A stretch of 26,725 nucleotides of DNA from Bacillota bacterium (lineage in GTDB: Bacteria; Bacillota; Dethiobacteria; DTU022). A program made the position numbers and the translations under genes. Positions 19,054 through 26,725 of this stretch are shown piece after piece. The stretch is taken from positions 1 to 26,725 of the forward strand of contig JBFYYZ010000186.1 in the NCBI GenBank assembly GCA_041309745.1. The letters are read 5' to 3'. The notes beneath the pieces are model-generated. The model was not told the origin of the DNA. It searched no databases and saw only the letters and a program-made list of their open reading frames with translations. Every line of letters starts with the position of its first letter. Positions within the stretch are counted from its first letter, which is position 1.

Positions 19054-19071
19054 ATTAAATGGTGTAAAGTT

Positions 19072-19158
19072 GCGGGCGTGGCGGAACTGGCAGACGCGCT
19101 GGACTTAGGATCCAGTGGGAGCAATCCTGTGGAGGTTCAAATCCTCTCGCCCGCACCA
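19072..19158 (+). tRNA. tRNA-Leu (anticodon TAG), CCA encoded
   Basis: Acceptor GCGGGCG/CGCCCGC, D arm GCGGAACTGGCAGACGC, anticodon stem CTGGA-CTTAGGA-TCCAG, long variable arm, T loop TTCAAAT, terminal ACCA. Confidence 0.97.
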
Positions 19159-19187
19159 ATGTTAAAAATGGCCATTAGCTCAACCTG

Positions 19188-19217
19188 AAAAGCTCCCCTG
19201 CTCAGGCGGGAGTTTTT
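19188..19217 (+). terminator. Rho-independent terminator after the tRNA
   Basis: AAAAGCTCCC...GGGAGTTTTT hairpin with a U tract. Confidence 0.75.
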
Positions 19218-19329
19218 ATTTTGATTAGTCATAAACTGGTTTATGCTTGGATTTATAGCCTTTTAATAGGAGCAAAACACCACCTGGCAGGCATACCCCG
19301 GCACAGGCCAATAAAGGAGAAACACCCTG

Positions 19330-20253
19330 TTGAATAGTAGCAATAAACTGGCCGTATTAGCTTATCTCACAGTCTGTATTGTCTGGGGGTCCACCTACCT
19401 GGCAATCAGAATCGCCGTCACTGACATGCCCTTTTTATCATTTGCCGGAATAAGGTTTTTTAGTGCCGGCGTAATCATGTTGACGGTTTCGCTACTCAAA
19501 GGCTGGGCTTTCCCCAGGGGCTGGCGGGAGTATCAAACCTCTATTACTGCCGGTGCGCTGCTGCTGTTCGTCAGTAATGGTTTAATCTGTTGGGCTGAAC
19601 AGTGGATTGACTCCGGCCTGACCGCCCTGTTGGTAGCCTCGGTACCGCTCTTCATGGCGCTAATCGAGGTTATCTTTCCCGGCGATCATCAATTAAGTTG
19701 GTTGGGATGGTTAGGGCTGATTGTCGGCTTTTGCGGAGTGGCTTTCCTGGTCAGCCCCAACCTGTCACTGGAAGGCAATACTCTTCCCGCAATGCTGGCC
19801 GTTCTGGCCGCTTCGCTTAACTGGGCTGCAGCTTCAATCTATTTGAAGCGTAGAACAGTAAGCGGATCGATGCTGCCAAACGTTGGGATTCAGATGTTCT
19901 CGGCCGGCGTTGCCTTTCTGATCGCCGCTGCGGTGAGCGGTGGAATTTCACTAGCCGGCGCTTCAGCAAGCGGGATTGGAGCGCTGCTCTACCTGATTTT
20001 TATCGGCTCAATCTTAGCCTACAGCGCTTTCTATTATATGTTGAAGGTGATACCGGCCGCAAAAGCCGGTACTTACGCTTACATTAACCCGATTGTGGCT
20101 GTTATCCTGGGGGCATTGATCTTAAAAGAGGTTGTTACAGCGCAAACAGTAATCGCCGCCTCCATTATCCTGGCCGGCGTTGTGCTGGTTCAGCTGGCGA
20201 AGGTAAAACCGGTCAGCAGAAAAATACTGCCTCCTACCGCTCTTAAAACTTAA
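19330..20253 (+). CDS. EamA/DMT family transporter (YedA-like)
   Basis: About 10 hydrophobic helices in two repeats; VWGSTYLAI, WAEQWIDSG..AL, GSILAY, YAYINPIVAV.LG. TTG start with SD AAGGAG. Confidence 0.92.
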   Translation: MNSSNKLAVLAYLTVCIVWGSTYLAIRIAVTDMPFLSFAGIRFFSAGVIMLTVSLLKGWAFPRGWREYQTSITAGALLLFVSNGLICWAEQWIDSGLTALLVASVPLFMALIEVIFPGDHQLSWLGWLGLIVGFCGVAFLVSPNLSLEGNTLPAMLAVLAASLNWAAASIYLKRRTVSGSMLPNVGIQMFSAGVAFLIAAAVSGGISLAGASASGIGALLYLIFIGSILAYSAFYYMLKVIPAAKAGTYAYINPIVAVILGALILKEVVTAQTVIAASIILAGVVLVQLAKVKPVSRKILPPTALKT

Positions 20254-20261
20254 ATCAAAAA

Positions 20262-20696
20262 TTAATGCAGTTCTTCATCTCCGCCTTCGCGGGCGATGAT
20301 ATCCTGAAAATCATAAGTAAATTCCACCAGTTTCGCGACCATAAAAATTGGCGACTGGCAGCGAAGCGCCAGGGCAATAGCATCACTGGGCCTGGAATCC
20401 AAGATCAGGGTTTCCCCGTTTTTTTGCAAATAGATTTCAGCATAAAAAGTACTGTCAATAATGTCTGTTATAACAATTTTATTAATCTGCCCTTCCAAAT
20501 TGTCGCATACGGTTTTGAGCAGATCATGGGTCATCGGACGCGGCGGCAGTTCGCCCTGTAAAACTAAGGCAATTGCCTGTGCTTCAAGCGGCCCGATTGA
20601 TATGGGCAGTATTTTTTTCTCTTCATCATCAACTAACAAAACCAGGAAGTTGCCGCCCTGATCAGCCGTAACTGTTTTAACTTCCATCTTGATCAT
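20262..20696 (-). CDS. Bifunctional nuclease family protein (DUF151)
   Basis: LPISIGPLEA, RPMTHDL, FYAEI, DSRPSDAIALALR. SD AAGGAG abuts the ATG at 20705, so the ATG at 20696 is better spaced. Confidence 0.9.
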   Translation of the reverse strand: MIKMEVKTVTADQGGNFLVLLVDDEEKKILPISIGPLEAQAIALVLQGELPPRPMTHDLLKTVCDNLEGQINKIVITDIIDSTFYAEIYLQKNGETLILDSRPSDAIALALRCQSPIFMVAKLVEFTYDFQDIIAREGGDEELH

Positions 20697-20850
20697 TGCC
20701 AACATCTCCTTTTATCTTGTCTGCTATCATTTTAACACAGATTGACGGAGCAAAGAAGAAGTCTCAAATTCGCAATGAATATTATTATTTAAATTTTTAT
20801 GATATTATTTAGTTTAGTAAATATCTAATTGATATTAAAGGAGAATGATC

Positions 20851-21720
20851 ATGGGGCAAATAAAAATTGTAACTGACAGCACAGCAGACCTATCATCAGA
20901 ACAGGTTCAACGTTACGGTATAAAGGTGGTGCCGATCACCGTAAATTTCGGCTCGGATACTTACGCTGATGGCGTTGATCTGGATGCTGATCAGTTTTAT
21001 AAAAAGCTAACCTCTGAAAGCGTTTTGCCAAAAACGTCTCAGCCTTCGCCAGAAGCATTTCGCCAGGTTTATGATGAAATCGCCTCTAAGGGAGATACTA
21101 TTCTCAGTATCCACGTTTCCGGTAAATTAAGCGGCACGCTAAATTCAGCCGAATTGGCCTCTAAAATAGCAAAAGCAGAAGTTATCCCCATTGATACGAA
21201 AACAGCCTCCCAGGGCATCGGTCTTACTGTTATGGTGGCAGCTGAAGCAGTGAAGAGGGACCTGGCCAAAGACGAAATAATCGCTGTTACAAACAAATCA
21301 ATCCCCAATACTTTTAGCGTTTTTGCTGTTGACACCCTAGAGTATCTTCAGCGCAACGGTCGGATCGGCAAAGCGGCTTCACTGCTCGGATCTCTTTTGC
21401 AGCTCAGGCCAATCCTTTATGCCGATCCCGAAGGCATGGTAGCCCCTTACGATAAGGTCCGCGGCCGCTCACAGATCATCCCCAGTCTCGTAGCTGCCGC
21501 TCTAAAAAATGTATCCTCCGATTTGCCGGTTAATCTATCGGTAGTCCACTCCTGGAACAGGGAAGGCGCAGACGAACTTTTAAGCGAGCTAAAGAAACAT
21601 TATGAAATTGCCGACCTGCACATCGGGATGGTCGGCCCGGCAATTGGCGCTCATATCGGGCCGGGAGCGGTAGGCTTGATGATCCAACCCTCTTTTGAAT
21701 CGTTACTGAAAAGCCTATAA
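20851..21720 (+). CDS. DegV/FakB family fatty-acid-binding protein
   Basis: IVTDSTADL, PKTSQPS, SGKLSGT.NSA, LEYLQRNGRIG, IGAHIGPG. Second ATG (20851) is best spaced from SD AAGGAG. Confidence 0.93.
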   Translation: MGQIKIVTDSTADLSSEQVQRYGIKVVPITVNFGSDTYADGVDLDADQFYKKLTSESVLPKTSQPSPEAFRQVYDEIASKGDTILSIHVSGKLSGTLNSAELASKIAKAEVIPIDTKTASQGIGLTVMVAAEAVKRDLAKDEIIAVTNKSIPNTFSVFAVDTLEYLQRNGRIGKAASLLGSLLQLRPILYADPEGMVAPYDKVRGRSQIIPSLVAAALKNVSSDLPVNLSVVHSWNREGADELLSELKKHYEIADLHIGMVGPAIGAHIGPGAVGLMIQPSFESLLKSL

Positions 21721-21772
21721 AACAGGCTTTACAAAAAGCTTCAGAAAAACCCGGCAAAGCGTTAGCTTAATA

Positions 21773-21801
21773 TTGACATATATTAAAATATTCTTTACAA
21801 T
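21773..21801 (+). promoter_or_regulatory. Near-consensus sigmaA promoter for the dodecin gene
   Basis: TTGACA, N17, TACAAT. Confidence 0.8.
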
Positions 21802-21841
21802 ATAGATGTTAAGACTAATTCTGGCCGGGGAGGGCTAAATA

Positions 21842-22045
21842 ATGGAAAGTGTCTACAAGGTAGTTGATATCATTGGCACCAGCGATAAATCTTGGGAGGA
21901 AGCCGCCAAAAAAGCGGTTACTACTGCTGCAAAAACGTTGCGTGACCTGAGGGTTGCCGAGGTAAGAAAAATGGATATGAAGATTGAAGAGGGCAAGTTG
22001 ATCTACCGGGTAAAAATGAACGTTTCTTTTAAGTATGAGGACTAA
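21842..22045 (+). CDS. Dodecin-family protein
   Basis: 67 aa; VYKVVDIIGTS..SWEEA...A..A.KTLR.L...EV...YRV...VSFK; SD GGGAGG. Confidence 0.85.
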   Translation: MESVYKVVDIIGTSDKSWEEAAKKAVTTAAKTLRDLRVAEVRKMDMKIEEGKLIYRVKMNVSFKYED

Positions 22046-22082
22046 AAAGGAACGCTGTTAATCATTGAATAATTTGCCGACT

Positions 22083-22109
22083 AAGTGGCGCTGAGTACTA
22101 GCGCCACTT
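22083..22109 (+). terminator. Strong hairpin, probable terminator
   Basis: Perfect 10-bp stem AAGTGGCGCT / AGCGCCACTT with a 7-nt loop; the U tract is weak (GATCTTT). Confidence 0.55.
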
Positions 22110-22124
22110 GATCTTTACTGCCCA

Positions 22125-22153
22125 TTGCTGGTGACCATACGTTCTGGTAAAAT
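22125..22153 (+). promoter_or_regulatory. sigmaA-type promoter with extended -10
   Basis: TTGCTG, N17, TAAAAT, with TG one base upstream of the -10. Confidence 0.55.
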
Positions 22154-22195
22154 GATTTTAGATGCAGATAGTTATCTGCTAAGCGAGGTAACCTA

Positions 22196-23080
22196 TTGAA
22201 AGCTGCAACCTTTGGTCAGTTGGTCAGAGAATTACGCAAGACAACAAGCGACCCCCAGGGTAACCGCTGGACCCGGGAGACGCTGAGCAAGCAGATTCAT
22301 TTAAGCGTGGATCAGCTCGGCCGCTTGGAGCGGGGCGATCGCAAATATTATGATCAACAGACACTGGAGCTCCTTGCTGATACCTTTAAATTAAGCCCAA
22401 TTGAACAAAAAGAGTTGTTGATTGCAGCTGCGGGTATTAGCGATGAAGAGCGTTATCATTTCGCAAATCCGGATGAACAGTTAAATGATCTGCTGGATGT
22501 CTTAAATACCATGTGGCCCCCTGCCATGCTGGTTGATGCTTTTCAAAATGTAGTTGCGATAAATAAACCCTACCAGGATCTTTTTATGGTTACAAATGAC
22601 CTGATCGAATACTCAAGGCGGAACCCCATTAACTTCAATCTTCTATATGTCGCTTATTCAAAAGATCTTGGCATCAGAGATCTGCTGGGTCCCTACTGGA
22701 GGGAAATTGCCATTATGCAAATCCACCAATTCAAGCGCACTACCTTTCATTATCAACATCTTAAATATTACAAATCGCTGTTAAATCAACTATTCAAACT
22801 ACCACAATTCGATATCGATTGGTATAGCAGTTACCGGTCTCCTTTCAACAAGTATCAGCACTACGTGAAGTACAGCTACGAACATCCCGCTTACGGACCG
22901 CTAAACTATATTGGCGCGGTAACTACTAACGGCACTATCTATGGCGAATTACAACTTATTGTTTACACTCCAACCGATTTCCCAACATCGGACACTTTCT
23001 ACCAGTTTGCAATTGCAGGTGACCGCAAAGTGACAAGATTAAGCGAATGGCCGATAAAAACAAACACCCCAAAATCCTGA
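22196..23080 (+). CDS. XRE-type HTH + MmyB-like (PAS-like) ligand-binding regulator
   Basis: N-terminal FGQLVRELR...WTRETLS...LSVDQLGRLERG; then PAMLVDAFQNVVAIN, NLL and HPAYGPL segments resembling the MmyB/MltR domain. TTG start. Confidence 0.65.
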   Translation: MKAATFGQLVRELRKTTSDPQGNRWTRETLSKQIHLSVDQLGRLERGDRKYYDQQTLELLADTFKLSPIEQKELLIAAAGISDEERYHFANPDEQLNDLLDVLNTMWPPAMLVDAFQNVVAINKPYQDLFMVTNDLIEYSRRNPINFNLLYVAYSKDLGIRDLLGPYWREIAIMQIHQFKRTTFHYQHLKYYKSLLNQLFKLPQFDIDWYSSYRSPFNKYQHYVKYSYEHPAYGPLNYIGAVTTNGTIYGELQLIVYTPTDFPTSDTFYQFAIAGDRKVTRLSEWPIKTNTPKS

Positions 23081-23133
23081 ATAACCGCAAAGTATTGTGA
23101 CTTATCCACCCGACCGGTATTGATTAGATCCTT

Positions 23134-23162
23134 TTGACAAATGGCAGACTGAAGTTTAAAAT
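23134..23162 (+). promoter_or_regulatory. sigmaA promoter for the Rrf2 gene
   Basis: TTGACA, N17, TAAAAT. Confidence 0.78.
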
Positions 23163-23216
23163 ACAAGTGCGATATACAACTAATACTATTGTACTGCTTG
23201 TAAATATCGGAAGAGG

Positions 23217-23651
23217 GTGAACCTGCTGCAGCTATCCACTAAAGTACGTTATGCGGCGAGAGCTATGATTGAACTGGCAGTGCATTACAAGGGCGAGCCG
23301 GTACAGCTCAATGAAATTGCCTGTAGTCAAAACATTTCGGTTAAATACCTGGAGCAAATTATGGGGCCACTCAGGGCCAAAGGGATCGTTCGGACGCAAA
23401 AAGGAAGCAAGGGCGGCTACCATCTTGCCGTAGACCCTGAAGTGATCACCTTATATGATATTGTTGAAAGTATTGAAGGTTCTATGGCTCCGGTCAGTTG
23501 TGTTGACGACATATCTGCCTGTGAGCGTCACAATACCTGTGTAACCCGCCAGGTGTGGGTAAGAATGAAAGATGTGGTCAGTGAGGAGCTTAAGTCTAAA
23601 ACCCTGGCCGACCTGGCAGCGGATCAGCTAAAAGTGGAAAATGCTACTTAG
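23217..23651 (+). CDS. Rrf2 family regulator (IscR/CymR/NsrR-like) with three Cys
   Basis: STKVRYAARAM, YLEQI...L...G.V...KGSKGGY.LA, C-x6-C-x5-C (SCVDDISACERHNTC). GTG start. Confidence 0.92.
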   Translation: MNLLQLSTKVRYAARAMIELAVHYKGEPVQLNEIACSQNISVKYLEQIMGPLRAKGIVRTQKGSKGGYHLAVDPEVITLYDIVESIEGSMAPVSCVDDISACERHNTCVTRQVWVRMKDVVSEELKSKTLADLAADQLKVENAT

Positions 23652-23663
23652 CTTATTGGGGGG

Positions 23664-24791
23664 TTAATCCCTGATGTGGGTCGGATAGCCATTTTTCTTC
23701 AGCAGCTCCAAAGCCTTAAGACGGGTTTCGCGATCTCGAAAGCCGAGCCTGATGCTGCCACCTGACAGTTCACGGACGTGGATAATTTCAATTGCATCAA
23801 TGTTAATCTCTGCATCACCAATAAGTCCGGTTAGTTTGCCAATAGCACCCGGAGTATCTCTTGCCAAAACAATCAGCTCATGAATCTCCGGCAAGATGCC
23901 GCGCCCGCGGTGCGGGATTGAGCTTCTGTATTCCCGGGCCCGGAGAAGGTATTCGTATATAGCATCGCCATCTTGCTCCGTTAAAAATTTCTCCACTATG
24001 TCCAGGTTTTTTCTAAATCCCTTTAGGGCGGCCAGCAGCGCCCACCGATTACTGATACAGATATCACGCCACACTTCGGGGTTTCCGAGCGCAATCCTGG
24101 TGCTGTCCCTGAAGCCTCCGGCTGCCAGGGTGTCAATTAACTCTTTTTCACCGGCATCGGTTACACTTTGGACCAAAGATGCCGCTGCCAGATGCGGCAG
24201 GTGGCTGACCAGGGCAACAACCCGATCGTGGTTGAGGGGATCAATGATGATCGGCTCTGCTCCTATCTTCGAGATCATTTGACAAAGCTGATCAATAAGC
24301 GGTTTTGGGGTGTTCGGCCCGGGAGTTAAAACATAGATGGCATTTTCCAGCAAAGCCGGATCGGCTTCGCTGATACCGCTTTCTTCAGAACCGGCCATCG
24401 GATGACCACCGATATAATGAACTGAAGCGGGCAGCAGCTGTTCAACAGCTGCCATAATTGCCCCCTTGGTACTGCCAACATCGGTGATCAGCGCCCCTTT
24501 TTTAACAGCGGGCAGGATCTCTTTGATCAGCTGCAGTGTCTTGAGAACAGGAACAGCGATAATAATCAGATCGGCATCTTGAACCGCTTCGATCGCTGTC
24601 TGAGAAAAATAATCGGCTGCACCACATTCCACCGCTTCCCGGCTGGCTTCGTGGTTGAGGTCATAACAGTTAACTTCCTTAACCAGTTTTTGCTCCCGCA
24701 GGGCAAGGGCGATGCTGCCGCCGATTAAGCCAGCACCGATTAAGGCCACTTTATCGAAGTAAAAGCGATGATCAGATGAGCCGGCCGACAC
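23664..24791 (-). CDS. tyrA: Prephenate dehydrogenase with C-terminal ACT domain
   Basis: [51 protein letters not shown]-like DTPGAIG. GTG start overlaps the end of aroF. Confidence 0.93.
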   Translation of the reverse strand: MSAGSSDHRFYFDKVALIGAGLIGGSIALALREQKLVKEVNCYDLNHEASREAVECGAADYFSQTAIEAVQDADLIIIAVPVLKTLQLIKEILPAVKKGALITDVGSTKGAIMAAVEQLLPASVHYIGGHPMAGSEESGISEADPALLENAIYVLTPGPNTPKPLIDQLCQMISKIGAEPIIIDPLNHDRVVALVSHLPHLAAASLVQSVTDAGEKELIDTLAAGGFRDSTRIALGNPEVWRDICISNRWALLAALKGFRKNLDIVEKFLTEQDGDAIYEYLLRAREYRSSIPHRGRGILPEIHELIVLARDTPGAIGKLTGLIGDAEINIDAIEIIHVRELSGGSIRLGFRDRETRLKALELLKKNGYPTHIRD

Positions 24792-25785
24792 TTAACGCCA
24801 CCCCTTTCAGTTCCTTCATCAGGGTCTGAAACTGTGCAGGGGTCAAAGACTGCGGCCCGTCGGAAAGCGCTTCCTGCGGGTTGGGATGAACTTCAATCAT
24901 CAGCCCGTCAGCTCCGGCGGCCAGGGCTGCTTTACTCATCGCCGGTACCAGGCCTGAAAGCCCTGTGCCATGGCTTGGATCGACGATCACCGGCAGGTGG
25001 CTCAACTGTTTCAACAGAGGCACGGCGCTTAAGTCCAGGGTGTTGCGGGTATAAGGCTCAAATGTCCGAATGCCGCGTTCGCAAAGGATTACATCGTAAT
25101 TACCACCGGATAAAATATACTCGGCGGCCATTAACCATTCTTCAATGGTTGCCGAAAGTCCCCGTTTAAGCAGCACTGGTTTTCTGATTCGCCCCAGCTC
25201 GCGCAACAAATAATAATTTTGCATGTTACGCGCCCCAACCTGGATAATATCGGCGCACTCAGCCACCTCTTCGACCGTAAACTGGTCCATAACTTCTGTA
25301 ACAATCAGTAACCCGGTTGTTTCTCTTACCCTGTTCAAAAACTTTAAACCCTGCTGTTCGAGGCCCTGGAAACTATAAGGAGAAGTGCGCGGTTTGAAAG
25401 CACCGGCTCTTAAAACCCTGGCGCCGGCTTTTTTAACGGCCTCAGCAGCCTGGATCAGCTGCTCTTCATCTTCGATGGCACAGGGGCCGGCCATTACCAC
25501 CAGCTCTGCGTCGCCAATGCTTAAGTCACCGATCCTGATTACTGTCTTATCGGGATGAAACTCCCGCCCCGCCAGTTTAAAGGGACGGGAGATAAAGACA
25601 ACCTTTTCAACCTCGGGCATCGCTTCCATCGCCTGGGCAACTTCTTCGCGGCGCTGCCCGATGACCCCGATTACGGTCCGGTTTTCACCGGTGGAAAGAT
25701 GTACTCCGTAGCCCATTTTTTTTAGCTTATCGGTTATCCTGGCAACCTCTTTTTCCCCGGCGCCGGGATTCATTACAACAATCAT
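24772..25785 (-). CDS. aroF: DAHP synthase type I-beta with N-terminal regulatory domain
   Basis: [58 protein letters not shown]. Confidence 0.95.
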   Translation of the reverse strand: MIVVMNPGAGEKEVARITDKLKKMGYGVHLSTGENRTVIGVIGQRREEVAQAMEAMPEVEKVVFISRPFKLAGREFHPDKTVIRIGDLSIGDAELVVMAGPCAIEDEEQLIQAAEAVKKAGARVLRAGAFKPRTSPYSFQGLEQQGLKFLNRVRETTGLLIVTEVMDQFTVEEVAECADIIQVGARNMQNYYLLRELGRIRKPVLLKRGLSATIEEWLMAAEYILSGGNYDVILCERGIRTFEPYTRNTLDLSAVPLLKQLSHLPVIVDPSHGTGLSGLVPAMSKAALAAGADGLMIEVHPNPQEALSDGPQSLTPAQFQTLMKELKGVALSVGRLI

Positions 25786-25803
25786 CTAAGGTTTACTCCT
25801 TTT

Positions 25804-26724
25804 TTAAAGACCGCTAAATTGCTTGCGGGGCTGGAAGCGACCATGCCCCACTTTGCCGACGAACTTGCCGTTATCGATGACCAGGGTGCCGCGGGAAAAT
25901 ACTTTTTCAGGCACACCCTGACCGCTGTAACCTTCATAGGGGTTATAGTCAACATTCTGGTGCTGGGTCGCCTGTGAAAAGGTAAATGGTGCCTCCGGGT
26001 TAAAGATCACCAGGTCGGCATCGCTACCCGCAGCGATGGTGCCTTTTTGCGGATAGAGGCCGAACAGGCGCGCCGGTGCAGTACTGACCAGGTCAACGAA
26101 CTTATTAATGCTAAACCGCCCACCTAGGACTCCTCCATCGTAAAGCAGTTGAACCCTTGTTTCCACTCCCGGAGCCCCGTTAGGAATCTTAGTATAGTTA
26201 CCAAGCCCCAAATCTTTTTGGCCCTTAAAATTAAAGGAGCAATGATCGGATGCCACTACCTGTAAATTGCCGGATGCCAGGCCGCTCCAGAGAAACTCCT
26301 CGTTACCGGCTTCTCTGAGCGGTGGTGACATTACATATTTAGCCCCACCAAAATCCGGCTCGTTGTAACGATCTAGATTAAGAAAGAGGTACTGGGGGCA
26401 GGTTTCCGCATAAACCGGGTAACCCTGCAACCTTGCCTCGGCCACCCTGGCCAGGGCTCCGGCGTCACTGAGGTGAACAACATAAGCAGGTGCACCGCTC
26501 AGTTCCGCCATGGTTATGAAGCGATTGACTGCTTCCTCCTCAGCTTCCGGCGGACGGCTAAGCGCATGGTAAAGCGGCTCTGTATGACCAGCGGCAAGCA
26601 TCTCACTGCATAAAACATCGATTACATCACCGTTTTCGGCGTGCACAAGCACTAATCCGCCTGCTTCGCCCGACTTTTTCAGGACCTTCAGTAAAGTGGA
26701 GTCGTCGACCTGGAATACCCCCTT
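25804..26724 (-). CDS. Dihydropyrimidinase / D-hydantoinase (amidohydrolase), 5'-truncated by window edge
   Basis: Frame is open to the window end (KGVFQVDD...LVHAENG). Motifs YVVHLS, AETCPQYL, KYVMSPPLR, SDHC, IPNGAPGVE, PQKG.IA.GSDAD. Confidence 0.9.
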   Translation of the reverse strand, partial: KGVFQVDDSTLLKVLKKSGEAGGLVLVHAENGDVIDVLCSEMLAAGHTEPLYHALSRPPEAEEEAVNRFITMAELSGAPAYVVHLSDAGALARVAEARLQGYPVYAETCPQYLFLNLDRYNEPDFGGAKYVMSPPLREAGNEEFLWSGLASGNLQVVASDHCSFNFKGQKDLGLGNYTKIPNGAPGVETRVQLLYDGGVLGGRFSINKFVDLVSTAPARLFGLYPQKGTIAAGSDADLVIFNPEAPFTFSQATQHQNVDYNPYEGYSGQGVPEKVFSRGTLVIDNGKFVGKVGHGRFQPRKQFSGL

Positions 26725-26725
26725 G

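Noticed and set aside
17200-19070. sigma54 (-24/-12) promoter for the suc/mutase cluster
   Set aside because: The GG-containing candidates (for example AGGCAGGATTTCTTC and TGGCGAAAACCTGGA) lack GC at the required spacing.
19218-19329. Riboswitch (guanidine, preQ1, purine, fluoride) before EamA
   Set aside because: None of the conserved cores could be found by eye; an Rfam scan would settle it.
23022-23093. 10-bp direct repeat ACCGCAAAGT (23022 and 23084)
   Set aside because: Only two copies, one inside a coding region; too short to call a target-site duplication or array.
23102-23110. TTATCCACC, a DnaA-box-like 9-mer
   Set aside because: One mismatch, single copy and no origin-type gene context.
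19072-23651. Possible island integrated at tRNA-Leu
   Set aside because: No integrase, no second copy of the tRNA 3' end, and the downstream genes are common chromosomal families.
1-26725. CRISPR array, IS element, prophage, or Sec/Pyl read-through
   Set aside because: No regularly spaced repeats, transposase or phage genes, and no protein appears interrupted by an in-frame stop.

Overview
Gene-dense, mostly housekeeping window of roughly 45-50% GC by eye. A T-box leader, sigmaA and sigmaH-type promoters, DegV and a B12-dependent mutase point to an anaerobic Bacillota (Firmicutes) genome; this placement is inference. Left to right: (1) the 3' end of an acyl-CoA ligase; (2) a two-gene unit encoding a cNMP-CBS-CBS-DUF294 (GlnD/GlnE-like) nucleotidyltransferase and a stand-alone DEDDh exonuclease-fold protein; (3) a minus-strand argC-J-B-D-G-H operon under an Arg(CGC) T-box, with argH apparently starting at a CTG that overlaps the argG stop; (4) a minus-strand methylmalonyl-CoA cluster (sucC, sucD, split mutase, epimerase, carboxyltransferase) headed by a PAS-AAA-Fis regulator whose sigma54-contact and ATPase motifs are degenerate and which has a sigmaH-type promoter; (5) tRNA-Leu(TAG), an EamA transporter, a DUF151 nuclease, DegV, a dodecin-like protein, an XRE/MmyB-like regulator and an Rrf2 regulator; (6) minus-strand dihydropyrimidinase (partial), aroF and tyrA. 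I saw no mobile element, CRISPR array or defence system. The best candidates for something undescribed are the nucleotidyltransferase/exonuclease pair (possible writer/eraser switch) and the degenerate enhancer-binding protein. All calls come from motif reading, with no database search.
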